A stretch of 64,000 bases of DNA from Armatimonadota bacterium (GTDB lineage Bacteria; Armatimonadota; SYMT01), in contig JAWLHY010000003.1 of assembly GCA_041690135.1 (NCBI GenBank), positions 64,001 through 128,000 of the forward strand, written 5' to 3'. Below the pieces are notes generated by a model. That model saw only the letters and a program-made list of their open reading frames with translations, had not been told where the DNA came from and did no database searches. Shown here one piece after another: positions 18,510-27,512 of the stretch. Both the position numbers and the translations under genes were made by a program. The stretch's first letter is position 1, and every line of letters begins with the position of its first letter.

Positions 18510-20030
18510 CTACTGCAGCAAGAACCGGTGCCGGCCGAGAACGGTAGGCGGGCGCCCCGCGGCGGGCTCCGTCACGTACAGCACCTCCAGGTGCTCGCGC
18601 TGGGTCACCATCACCCGGCCCCGCTTCAGGAACTCCGGAGGAGAGATCCGCCGGGCACCGGTATGACCCTCGGCCCGCAGGCGGCGCAGCTCGGCCAGGA
18701 GCGTCTCGCGGGTCTTGGCGTCGAGAGCCTGGGGCGTGATCCAGCGCGGCCGGGTGATGAAAGGGGTGAAGAGCGGGAGATAGAGATCCCCACGGGCCTG
18801 CGCCCACCGGCCAAGAAACCGGAACCGCTCCTCGCGCCCCGCGTCGAGCCACGGGCCGAAAAACTCCACCGGCCCGAGCTCCCGCCGCTCGACGCCCACC
18901 CCGCGCTCCAGGAGCGGCCAAAGGGACCGCTCCCGATACGGGGCGGGCACGGCGATCCGGAGCGGTAGCTCTCGCAGCCGTCGATCGACCACGATCTCCG
19001 CCCCCGGCCTCTGTTTCGGCAGCAGGTTGCCGCCCCGCAGCAGGTCCCCGAGCTTCCCCTGGATCAGCACCGTGCCGGCGGGTGCGGAACGCTGCAGCGA
19101 CTGCCGGAGAGGTGCGGAGACCCCGGCCAACGGGTGCTGGACCGCATAGCGAGACAGGGAGAGCGGAAACTCCAGCGGCACGGACTCCGCGCCGAGCCCG
19201 CACACGGCGAGAGTCTGCCCCCGGAGGCGGAGCCGGAGCCGTTCACCGGAGACCGAATGCAGGGCCACCGGCCGGCCCGAGGAGTCTCCCCCGCCGATCC
19301 GGACCTCCGCCTGCCGCAGCAGTTCCCGCAACTCCGCGGCGCTGTTCGGGTGTTCTCGCTCCCATTCCGCCAGGGTGATCCCCTCCCGGATCGGATCGGG
19401 CTCCGCGCCGGTCGTCAACTCTCCCATCACCGGCGCGACACGCGCCAGCAGGGCGGGCGGGAGCGAGTGCAGGAGGGGCAGCACCTGGTGCACGACGAGC
19501 TGGTCGTCGTGATGTGCCGGGCGCACGTGCCGGAAGGTGCCGGGGGCGAGGAAAAAGACCGCGTCGGGGGTGCAGAACGAAACCGTCTGCCACTGTTCCG
19601 CCCAGTGGTTCGCGACCTCTACCAGGGAGCCGGCCCCCGGGGGGACCGTCACGCCGCGGCCCACGGGCTTGCCGACATAGACCACCACCCGGCCCGAGTG
19701 GGAGGCGAGGGCCTGAAGGGCCGGGGACAGCGCCACTCCCGAGGAGGCGACTTGCCCAGCGGCCGGACGCCGATCGCTTCCGGTCCGGACCGCGTCCGGA
19801 GCGGCCGTCGCGGAGACTCCCAGCGCCAGGCATGCGATCCCCCAGAGGACCCTTCGCCCCATCCGTGATTGGGTCCTGAAGGTGGTGTTCCCGGATGCGT
19901 TCGCAAGTACGTCGGCAGCGTGGCCCATTCGCTGCGATCGGCGGAAGGGCGTTCCGGATCCGATTGCAAGGTTCCTGGCTGGTGCTTCAGGCAAGTTTCG
20001 ACGCAGGTTCATCCCGACGCGAGGTTCCAT
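18510..20030 (-). CDS. Secreted hypothetical protein (true start may be ATG 19862)
   Basis: Long ORF in the operon; signal peptide-like MGRRVLWGIACLALGVSATA begins at 19862. Confidence 0.65.
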   Translation of the reverse strand: MEPRVGMNLRRNLPEAPARNLAIGSGTPFRRSQRMGHAADVLANASGNTTFRTQSRMGRRVLWGIACLALGVSATAAPDAVRTGSDRRPAAGQVASSGVALSPALQALASHSGRVVVYVGKPVGRGVTVPPGAGSLVEVANHWAEQWQTVSFCTPDAVFFLAPGTFRHVRPAHHDDQLVVHQVLPLLHSLPPALLARVAPVMGELTTGAEPDPIREGITLAEWEREHPNSAAELRELLRQAEVRIGGGDSSGRPVALHSVSGERLRLRLRGQTLAVCGLGAESVPLEFPLSLSRYAVQHPLAGVSAPLRQSLQRSAPAGTVLIQGKLGDLLRGGNLLPKQRPGAEIVVDRRLRELPLRIAVPAPYRERSLWPLLERGVGVERRELGPVEFFGPWLDAGREERFRFLGRWAQARGDLYLPLFTPFITRPRWITPQALDAKTRETLLAELRRLRAEGHTGARRISPPEFLKRGRVMVTQREHLEVLYVTEPAAGRPPTVLGRHRFLLQ

Positions 20031-20052
20031 GAATACGTATCAAGTCTCTATA

Positions 20053-20064
20053 TCAGTGTGTATA
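20053..20064 (-). promoter_or_regulatory. Shared motif TATACACACTGA (copy 2)
   Basis: Exact reverse complement of 9172-9183, 22 nt upstream of ATG 20030. Confidence 0.55.
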
Positions 20065-20101
20065 AGCGGCGCCGGAGATACGTTGGCGAACCGGACTCCG
20101 C

Positions 20102-20995
20102 TTAACGGCGGAGAACGAGGCCTACCCAGTTTCCATGTGCTTGTTGCTCAACGAGACGGAAGCCCGCGTCCCCGGCGGCCCCGAGAAGCTGCGAGAGCCG
20201 GGCGGAAGTGAACCCGGAAGCCAGCAGAAGCCCTCCCGGCCGTACATTCGCCGCCAGTGCCGGCGCGAGGGAGGTAACCACCGCGGAAGGGAGGTTTACC
20301 AGGGTGACATCGCAGCCGTCGCACTCAACCGGGGAGAGCTCCACCTGTTCCACGTGAACCACTCCCGCCACGCCATTGAGGGCCACGTTCCGGCGCGCAA
20401 CCGTAACCGCCGCCGCGTCCGGATCGATCGCTCGTACCGTGGCGGCGCCGAGAAGCGCTGCCGCAAGGGCGAGGATGCCGGACCCGGTGCCCACGTCGAG
20501 CACCCGGTCTCCGGTCCGAAGCCTTTCCCTCAGCATCTGCAAAAGCAACTGCGTGGTGGGATGGGATCCCGTACCGAACACCTGCTGGGAGGGTAGGACG
20601 CCGGGGTCGAGCCGGATCAGATGTTCGACTTCCGGCACTTCCACGCTGTTAGCGGCAACGATCGCCAGGGATTCTCCGAGCCGGACCGGTGCAAACGTCG
20701 GGGTCCACTCCTCTGCGTAGGCAAAGTCGGTGGCCGAAGGATGGGGTAGCGCCAGGGCGCTGACGGGCTTCCCGGTAACCTGCCGGAGCTGTTCCTGCTG
20801 CTCGTTGGTGAGCGGAAGCAGCGTGACGCGGTCCCGGAGCTCCGGCCGGCCGCCCGCATCCAGGACCCGGGCCAGCAGCAGGGCGGCATGCAACTGCTTT
20901 CGTTCCAATTCCACAAACCGGCGGCGCAGGCCGCCGGCGAGGAAGTAGTTCTCCTCTTGTTCGGGAGTCAGATCGATGCGTACCGGATATCCCAT
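20102..20995 (-). CDS. PrmA-like SAM-dependent methyltransferase with atypical N-terminus
   Basis: FGTGSHPTT, VLDVGTGSGIL, ARRNVALN and GGLLLASG motifs. Confidence 0.8.
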   Translation of the reverse strand: MGYPVRIDLTPEQEENYFLAGGLRRRFVELERKQLHAALLLARVLDAGGRPELRDRVTLLPLTNEQQEQLRQVTGKPVSALALPHPSATDFAYAEEWTPTFAPVRLGESLAIVAANSVEVPEVEHLIRLDPGVLPSQQVFGTGSHPTTQLLLQMLRERLRTGDRVLDVGTGSGILALAAALLGAATVRAIDPDAAAVTVARRNVALNGVAGVVHVEQVELSPVECDGCDVTLVNLPSAVVTSLAPALAANVRPGGLLLASGFTSARLSQLLGAAGDAGFRLVEQQAHGNWVGLVLRR

Positions 20996-21168
20996 GAACT
21001 TCCCCGGGCGTGATCGCAGGGTGTGGATCGGGTGTGTATATCCAGTTTATCGCATCAGTGTTGCAGCATCAAGGGTTTTGCAGTGTTGTTTCAGGAGTGA
21101 GGAGCGCCGGGTCGGTTTTAGTCCCGATGGGCTCGGCCGGGACGAGTATCACCACGGCCCGATGGGAG

Positions 21169-21504
21169 TCAGGAGGCGGTTTGCTCCACGCAGTTGGAGC
21201 AGTCGAGCCAGTTCTCATGCGGCAGCCGGGGAAGCGCCCTGGGTCCTTCGCCGCGTTGGAAGACGGGGCGATAGAGAATATCGCCCTCCGGGTGCGGATC
21301 GCCGCAGGTGTGGCAACTGGTCTGCCGGTCGACGACCACCGGCGTATGGCCGGTCACGATCCAGCCCTCATGCCCCGCATGCGCCGCGAGCGACTCCAGG
21401 GCCGAGCGCACGGTCAGAGATTTGTTGCCCTGGTAGTACTTCTCGGCAAGCCGCTCGAGCAGCCTGACCGTATCGTCGTCGAGCGTGAAGTTGAGCCGCT
21501 GCAT
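21169..21504 (-). CDS. Ribbon-helix-helix (CopG-like) + CxxC/CxxC zinc-binding putative regulator
   Basis: MQRLNFTLDDDTVRLLERLA..NKSLTVRSAL N-terminus; CHTC and CSNC motifs. Confidence 0.7.
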   Translation of the reverse strand: MQRLNFTLDDDTVRLLERLAEKYYQGNKSLTVRSALESLAAHAGHEGWIVTGHTPVVVDRQTSCHTCGDPHPEGDILYRPVFQRGEGPRALPRLPHENWLDCSNCVEQTAS

Positions 21505-21783
21505 CGTTGGTCCGTGTCGGGAAAAGAGGTGAGCCGATCCCTTACATGATACCCGCTGGGCGACCCCGGTGGGGGGTTCTATCGCCGGACCCCCCAAGCC
21601 AGGCAAGTTCGATCTCAACGAGTCGTTCCGGCGCGCCGCGGCATCGCCTGCGTGGCAGTATGTACTCCGCATGTCGGCAGGGACGCCGGCGAACGGCGAG
21701 CAAGCGCACGCATGTGGTATCGTTGAGCGAGGCGGCACCCGGTCGATGGGAGCATGATGGGGAATGGAATGCGGAGACGATCG

Positions 21784-23364
21784 ATGGAGAGGAACGGACG
21801 TAACATCCTGGCGGGCCTGGGATTGCTGGGTACACTGCTCGCGGCCGGTTCCGGGCGGGCGGCGGTGGTCGGCACGGAGCTGATCAGTCTCGGCCAGGCC
21901 GGAACCCAGGCGGCGGCGGGCTCCAACTTCAATCGCGGCTTCGTCATCAGCGGCGACGGGCGTTACGTCGTGTTCGTCTCGACCGCCAGCACGCTGGTGC
22001 CGGACGACACCAACGGCGTGGCCGACGTGTTCCTGCGCAACCGGGAGCTGGGGACCACCGAGCGGATCAGTGTTAACAGCGACGGCCTGCAGGCGAACGG
22101 TGCCTGCGAGGACCCGTTCATCAGCGCGGATGGACGGTTTGTCGCCTTCGTATCCACGGCGAACAACCTGGTACCCGGCGACGGAAACGGGGTGCGGGAC
22201 GTGTTCATCCGCGACCTGCAGGGTGGCACGACGGAGCGCGTGAGCGTGGCCGGATCCGGGGCGGAGGGAAACGGCGCCTCTGAATCGCCGGCTCTCAGTG
22301 CGGACGGCCGCTTCGTCGCTTTCGTTTCCGCCGCCACCAACCTGGATGGCCCCGACCACAACAGTGCGGATGATATCTTCCTCCGTGATCGGACGGAGGG
22401 AACGACCGAGCGCGTCAGCATTAACAGCGCCCGCTCGGAGGCCAATGGGCGCTGCTGGGCACCCAGCATGAACGCGAATGGATTGCTGATCGCTTTCGCC
22501 TCTTCCGCGACCAACCTGGACTCCGGCGATACCAACGGCACCGCGGACATCTTTACGCGCAACCGCTCCACCGGCATCACGGAACGCGTCAGCGTGGGAA
22601 TGAGCGGCGCCCAGAGCAACGGCCCCAGCGATTACCCGGTGGTGAACGCCACCGGGCGGTTCGTCACCTTCAACTCGCGCGCCACCAACCTGGTCCAGCC
22701 GGACATCAACCAGGGGGAAGACGTCTTCGTGCGCGACCGTCTGGACGAGGTGACGGAGCTTGTCAGCGTCACCGGAAACCGTCTGCAGGCCCGCGGCGAC
22801 AGCTTCCTCGAGTCGGTGAGTGCGGACGGCCGGTTCGTCGCCTTCCGCTCTTACGCCGCCAACCTGGTACGGCGGGACACGAACCGCACCTTCGACCTCT
22901 TCGTGCGGGACCGGTGGCAGTGGCGCACGGAACGGTTGAACGTGGGCGCCGGGGGAAGCCAGGCGAACGGGCACAGCTACGCCGCGGCTCTTTCGGCCAA
23001 TGGGCAGCATGTGGCCTTCTGGTCGACGGCGACCAACCTGGTATCCGGTGACGCCAATACCGCCGCCGATGTCTTCGCCGCCCGCCTGCTGGCAAACCAG
23101 CCTCCCACGGCCCATGCCGGCCCGGACCAGACGCTCGTCAGTTCCCGGCGCAACCTCCGTGTCCGGTTGGACGGCACCGCCTCCACCGACCCGGAAGGCG
23201 GAAAGCTCCGTTACACCTGGACGGAAGGCCGTCGTCGCCTGAGCACCCGTCCCAACCCACTGGTGCGGCTGCGGCAGGGTGTCCACGAGATCACCCTCAC
23301 CGTCAAGGACCTCTCGGGCGTTACCGCCATGGATACGGTGACCATCACCGTTCAGCCGGAATGA
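21784..23364 (+). CDS. Secreted TolB-like beta-propeller (PD40/WD40 repeats) with C-terminal PKD domain
   Basis: Repeated SADGRFVAF.S.A.NLV..D.NG..DVF.RD units; PPTAHAGPDQT...LDGTASTDPEG. Confidence 0.88.
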   Translation: MERNGRNILAGLGLLGTLLAAGSGRAAVVGTELISLGQAGTQAAAGSNFNRGFVISGDGRYVVFVSTASTLVPDDTNGVADVFLRNRELGTTERISVNSDGLQANGACEDPFISADGRFVAFVSTANNLVPGDGNGVRDVFIRDLQGGTTERVSVAGSGAEGNGASESPALSADGRFVAFVSAATNLDGPDHNSADDIFLRDRTEGTTERVSINSARSEANGRCWAPSMNANGLLIAFASSATNLDSGDTNGTADIFTRNRSTGITERVSVGMSGAQSNGPSDYPVVNATGRFVTFNSRATNLVQPDINQGEDVFVRDRLDEVTELVSVTGNRLQARGDSFLESVSADGRFVAFRSYAANLVRRDTNRTFDLFVRDRWQWRTERLNVGAGGSQANGHSYAAALSANGQHVAFWSTATNLVSGDANTAADVFAARLLANQPPTAHAGPDQTLVSSRRNLRVRLDGTASTDPEGGKLRYTWTEGRRRLSTRPNPLVRLRQGVHEITLTVKDLSGVTAMDTVTITVQPE

Positions 23365-23412
23365 ACCTGCCCGGGGACTTCATTTCCAACCAGCGGCAAA
23401 CTCGCACGGGGT

Positions 23413-23499
23413 CTACGCGGCCCACTCGTGTCCGCAGGCCTCGCACAGGTAGTACGTCTTCTTGCGCTCACGGCAGTTGCCACACCTCTCTTTGAACAC
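23413..23499 (-). CDS. Putative 28-aa zinc-ribbon microprotein
   Basis: GTG start with GGAG 9 nt upstream; MFKERCGNCRERKKTYYLCEACGHEWAA. Confidence 0.45.
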   Translation of the reverse strand: MFKERCGNCRERKKTYYLCEACGHEWAA

Positions 23500-23657
23500 G
23501 GAACGGTTCTCCGCGGAACGGAGGTGTCCGAATCGGAGCGGCCATGTAACCCTGAGGGTGGGAATAGCTTCCAAACAGGCAGCGAATTCCGAACCTTCCG
23601 GGCCGCTGGTCTCGCCACCCCGGCGAGTGCCGCAGCCCATCCTCCGGAGAGAGTGTT

Positions 23658-25772
23658 ATGAAGCGATACCCGTTTCTCATCGTCGCCCTCGGCGGCGCCC
23701 TGTGCGGCTCCGCGGCGATTGCGCAAGCCCCCGAGCAGCCGATCCCGCTGCAGAACGTGGTTCTGTTCAGCAGCGGCGTGGGTTACTTCCAGCGCGAGGG
23801 GAGGGTCAACGGCAATGCCGAGATCGACCTCAGCTTCCGCGCGGATCAGATCAACGACATCCTCAAATCCCTGGTGCTGTTCGACCCGCAGGGCACGGTC
23901 CGGCCCGTAACCTACACGACCAAAGACGCGGTGCTGCGCCGCCTCCAATCCGTGGGGCAGTCGATCGACCGCAGCATCTCGCTGGGCGCGCTCCTGCGGC
24001 AGTTCCAGGGCGCCCGCGTGCGGCTGGAGACCGGCTCGGAAGGGATCGAGGGGCGGATCCTCAGCGTCAGCCTGAAGGCCGTGCCGGTTGATAAAGGCGG
24101 GGTGGTGCAACAGGAGGTGATCAACATCCTCACCGAAGGGGGCCTGCGCGCGGTGCCCCTGGACCAGGTCACCCAGGTGAAGCTGCTCGACGAGCGGCTC
24201 GACCGCGAACTGCGAGAAGCCCTGGAACTGCTGGCCACCGGCCTCGACGACAACCGCCGCCAGGTCGAACTGCGGTTCACCGGCAACGGCGAGCGGGTCG
24301 TGAAGGCGGGTTATCTCCAGGAGATGCCGGTCTGGAAGACGAGCTACCGGCTGGTGCTGGACGAGAAAGCCAAGGAGAAGCCGTACTTGCAGGGGTGGGC
24401 CATCGTGGAGAACACGACGGACGAGGACTGGCGGAACGTACAGCTCAGCCTGGTCTCGGGGCGGCCGGTCAGCTTCATCCAGGACCTGTACCAGCCGCTC
24501 TACGTGCCGCGCCCGGTGGTTCAGGCACAGGTGATCGGGTCTCCCACTCCCCAGACCTATGGCGAGGTCCTCGAGTACGCGGACGCCCTGCGCGAGCGCG
24601 CCGATAAGGCCGAAGCAGATCGGTTCGGAGGCGTTGCGGGAGCTCGCGGGCTCCCTCCAGCGGCCGCGCCGGGACCGGCGGGACCTCCGGGCCTGCCCCG
24701 GATCTCCGGGGGCGCCGACGTGCGCTTCCGGGACGCCGAAACCCGGCGCAAGAATATCGCGGCGTCGGCAGACGAACTGGCGAAGAGCGTCGTCTCCCAG
24801 GCCGCCGGGGCGGAGCGGGGCGAACTGTTCGAGTATGCCATCCAGCAGCCGGTGACGCTGCCCAAGGGTCAGGCCGCGATGGTGCCGATCGTCAGCGAGA
24901 ACATCGGTGGCGAGCTCCTCTCCATCTACGATCCCACCTCCGATGCAACCCACGCGCTGAACGGCTTCCGGCTCAAGAACACGACCGGGCTCCACCTCTC
25001 CGGTGGTCCGATCACCGTGTTCCGCGACGGCATCTACGCCGGCGACGCGCAGATCTCCAATCTGCAGCCGCAGGAGGACCGCCTGATCTCCTACGCCGTG
25101 GACCTCGACCTGGTGGCCGACCGGAAGGCGCCGCGCTTCCACCAGGAGACCCTCTCCGTCTCCGCGAAGAGCGGCGTGCTGGTTATCACCCGGAAGCAGC
25201 AGCGGGAGAATACCTACTCCTTCCGCAACCAGTCCGAAACGCCGAAGACGGTGCTGGTGCTCCAGGATATCGAGCCGGAATTCAAGCTGGCGGTCCCGGA
25301 GAAGCCGGCGGAGAAGACGCCGGAAGAGTACCGCTTCAAGCTGCAGGTGCCGGCGAAGAAGACGGCGGAGCTCAAGGTCGTCACCGAGCGGCCCCTTACC
25401 GAGACTATCGCGCTGCTGAACGCGGATCTCAACGTCTTGATCTCGTACGCCCAGAACGCTCAGGTTTCGGAGAAGCTGCGGGCCGCCCTGAAGCAACTCG
25501 TGGCGATGCGGCGGAAGATCACCGACCTCCAGGCGCAGCGGAGCGCGCTGGAGAACGAGATCAAGACGATCGACCAGGAGCAGTCGCGCATCCGCCAGAA
25601 CATGGAGCGCCTCGACCGGAACAGCCCGCTCTACCAGCAGTACGTGAAGAAGCTGACTGAGCAGGAAGCCCGCATCGAGAAGCTGCGGATGGAGATCGCC
25701 CGCCTCCGCGAGGAAGAAAACGCCGCGCAAAAGGAGCTGCGGGAGTTCGTGGACACCCTCACCGTGGAGTAG
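23658..25772 (+). CDS. DUF4139-domain secreted protein with C-terminal coiled coil
   Basis: VVLFSSGVGYF, WKTSYRL, LQGWAIVENTTDEDW and GELFEYAI motifs. Confidence 0.85.
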   Translation: MKRYPFLIVALGGALCGSAAIAQAPEQPIPLQNVVLFSSGVGYFQREGRVNGNAEIDLSFRADQINDILKSLVLFDPQGTVRPVTYTTKDAVLRRLQSVGQSIDRSISLGALLRQFQGARVRLETGSEGIEGRILSVSLKAVPVDKGGVVQQEVINILTEGGLRAVPLDQVTQVKLLDERLDRELREALELLATGLDDNRRQVELRFTGNGERVVKAGYLQEMPVWKTSYRLVLDEKAKEKPYLQGWAIVENTTDEDWRNVQLSLVSGRPVSFIQDLYQPLYVPRPVVQAQVIGSPTPQTYGEVLEYADALRERADKAEADRFGGVAGARGLPPAAAPGPAGPPGLPRISGGADVRFRDAETRRKNIAASADELAKSVVSQAAGAERGELFEYAIQQPVTLPKGQAAMVPIVSENIGGELLSIYDPTSDATHALNGFRLKNTTGLHLSGGPITVFRDGIYAGDAQISNLQPQEDRLISYAVDLDLVADRKAPRFHQETLSVSAKSGVLVITRKQQRENTYSFRNQSETPKTVLVLQDIEPEFKLAVPEKPAEKTPEEYRFKLQVPAKKTAELKVVTERPLTETIALLNADLNVLISYAQNAQVSEKLRAALKQLVAMRRKITDLQAQRSALENEIKTIDQEQSRIRQNMERLDRNSPLYQQYVKKLTEQEARIEKLRMEIARLREEENAAQKELREFVDTLTVE

Positions 25773-25778
25773 AGGCGA

Positions 25779-25895
25779 GTTGAAAGTTCAAAGTTGAAGG
25801 TTGAAGGTTGGGACCGCAGGAGGCGGTAGCGGTTACGGTTTGGCAGGGGGTTCCCAACCTTCAACCTTCAACCTTCAACATGCCAACTTGCAACC
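25779..25895. repeat. Inverted arrays of heptamer repeats (GTTGAAG / CTTCAAC) between convergent genes
   Basis: GTTGAAGGTTGAAGGTTGGGA pairs perfectly with TCCCAACCTTCAACCTTCAAC. Confidence 0.8.
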
Positions 25896-25910
25896 CTGAT
25901 CCGGTTCGGA

Positions 25911-27263
25911 TTACTCGTAGCCGGCGTTGGCCCACATGGTGGCGTTGCGGAGGATGGTCCGCACTTCTTCCTGGTAGTGGATGGGGAAGCTCTCGTGGCC
26001 GGGTTCGAACGCAAAGAGTCGACCCCGGCCCACCTTCCAGGCCATTCCCTGCCAGGTGTTCTCGCCGGACGCCTCGTACCGGCCGTCGAAGATCACCACG
26101 TCGGGCTTGGGGCCGGCAAAGGTCCCTTCCCGGCGCTCGGTGCGGCCGATGCGGAATGCGGACACGCCGGCCGCGATGGGGTGGCGCGGCGCGGTGACCC
26201 GCAACTGCAGCGCAGCCGGCTCGGAAGTCGCCTGGTCCAGCCAGCGGCATTCCTCGCCCAGTACCGCTTCCAGAACCGGCGCCTCGGCGGCAGAGTGGAG
26301 AACGATCAGGCCCATGCCGCTGTGGCGGACGCGACGGGCGATGGCCGCGAGGCGCTCCGGCGGGAGGCCGCCCGGCTTCCCGAGCCACAGGACGAGCACG
26401 TCCGTCTCTTCCAGGGCACCCTCGTTCAGGTGCTTCGTGGGATCGCCGCTCACGGCGACCACCTGGAAGCGGCGCTCGGTGCGGAGGCCCTCCGCGATTG
26501 CCGCGTGGATCCCCTGCGGGTAAACCTCCAATGGCCCGGCGCTCTCCGCCCACACCCGGACCCGGACCGACTGGGGCTCGGCGGCGGCCTCGTCCATCTC
26601 GGGGATCTGGGTGAGGGCGGCGCCCGCCACGGCGGCCGCGGCGGTACCCATGCGGAGGAAGGCGCGGCGGGAGTGGGTGCGGGCCGGCGGTTCGGGTGTT
26701 TCCGCGGCCCCGGTAAGGTCGAACCCGGCCAGAAAATCTTTCAGCGCCTTGTGCGCCCGGTGCAGCCGGGAGCGGATGGTGCCCACGGGGCACGCCTCTA
26801 CGCTCGCGGCTTCCTCGTAAGTGGCGCCCTCCACGTCGCAGAGCAGCACCGTGGCCCGGTGGATCGGCTGCAGCGCTTCGAGCGCGGACTGGTAGGGATG
26901 GTCCAGCGTCTCCAGCAGCAGGAGTTGCTCCGGGTTGCTCGACTCGTCCGGCAGGTCGAGGGTCTCGCTGCCGCTCTCCAGCGTGGACTGCTCCAGGGAG
27001 ACGGTGGGGTGATACTTGCGCCGGACCCGGTCCAGGTGGTTGTTGGTCATGATCCGCGCGACCCAACTGTAGAAGTTGGTGTCCACGCGGAAGCGGTGGA
27101 ACGCCCGGTAGGCGTCGATCAGGGTCTCCTGAAGGAGATCCTGCGCGTCTTCCGGGTCTTGGGCCAGGCGCCGCGCGAGACGCTCAAACGCCGCCCGATG
27201 ATTCTTCACCAGGAGTTCGAACGTGCTGCTGGTTTCCGCCGGCGGCGCAGGGGCCACACTCAT
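25911..27263 (-). CDS. ECF sigma factor fused to a ThuA-like domain via a twin-arginine/hydrophobic segment
   Basis: DAQDLLQET, FYSWVARI and PVGTIRSRLHRA (sigma regions 2 and 4); SRRAFLRMGTAAAAVAGAAL; ThuA-like VYPQGIH, GMGLIVLHS and FEPGHESFPIHY. Confidence 0.85.
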   Translation of the reverse strand: MSVAPAPPAETSSTFELLVKNHRAAFERLARRLAQDPEDAQDLLQETLIDAYRAFHRFRVDTNFYSWVARIMTNNHLDRVRRKYHPTVSLEQSTLESGSETLDLPDESSNPEQLLLLETLDHPYQSALEALQPIHRATVLLCDVEGATYEEAASVEACPVGTIRSRLHRAHKALKDFLAGFDLTGAAETPEPPARTHSRRAFLRMGTAAAAVAGAALTQIPEMDEAAAEPQSVRVRVWAESAGPLEVYPQGIHAAIAEGLRTERRFQVVAVSGDPTKHLNEGALEETDVLVLWLGKPGGLPPERLAAIARRVRHSGMGLIVLHSAAEAPVLEAVLGEECRWLDQATSEPAALQLRVTAPRHPIAAGVSAFRIGRTERREGTFAGPKPDVVIFDGRYEASGENTWQGMAWKVGRGRLFAFEPGHESFPIHYQEEVRTILRNATMWANAGYE

Positions 27264-27417
27264 ACTGCTTGCTCCTCACCCGAACGCGTCTGTTAAACGC
27301 ATTGTACGAGCGCAGGCGGGAAATGTTCAATACTTCCCGCCCGGATTCCCCTACTTCAGGTAAGCGTTAGCCACGCTCCGGAAGTTCCATCCTGTAAACT
27401 TCCAATATTTCAGGCGG

Positions 27418-27458
27418 CCCTCACCCCAACCCTCTCCCACCGCTGCGGGAGAGGGAGT
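27418..27458. repeat. REP-like palindrome
   Basis: CCCTCACCCCAACCCTCTCCC-ACCGCT-GCGGGAGAGGGAG. Confidence 0.7.
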
Positions 27459-27512
27459 ATCCCACGGGCATTCCGACTTCCTGATATCCGGTCGCCCGAT
27501 GACTCTCCCTCA

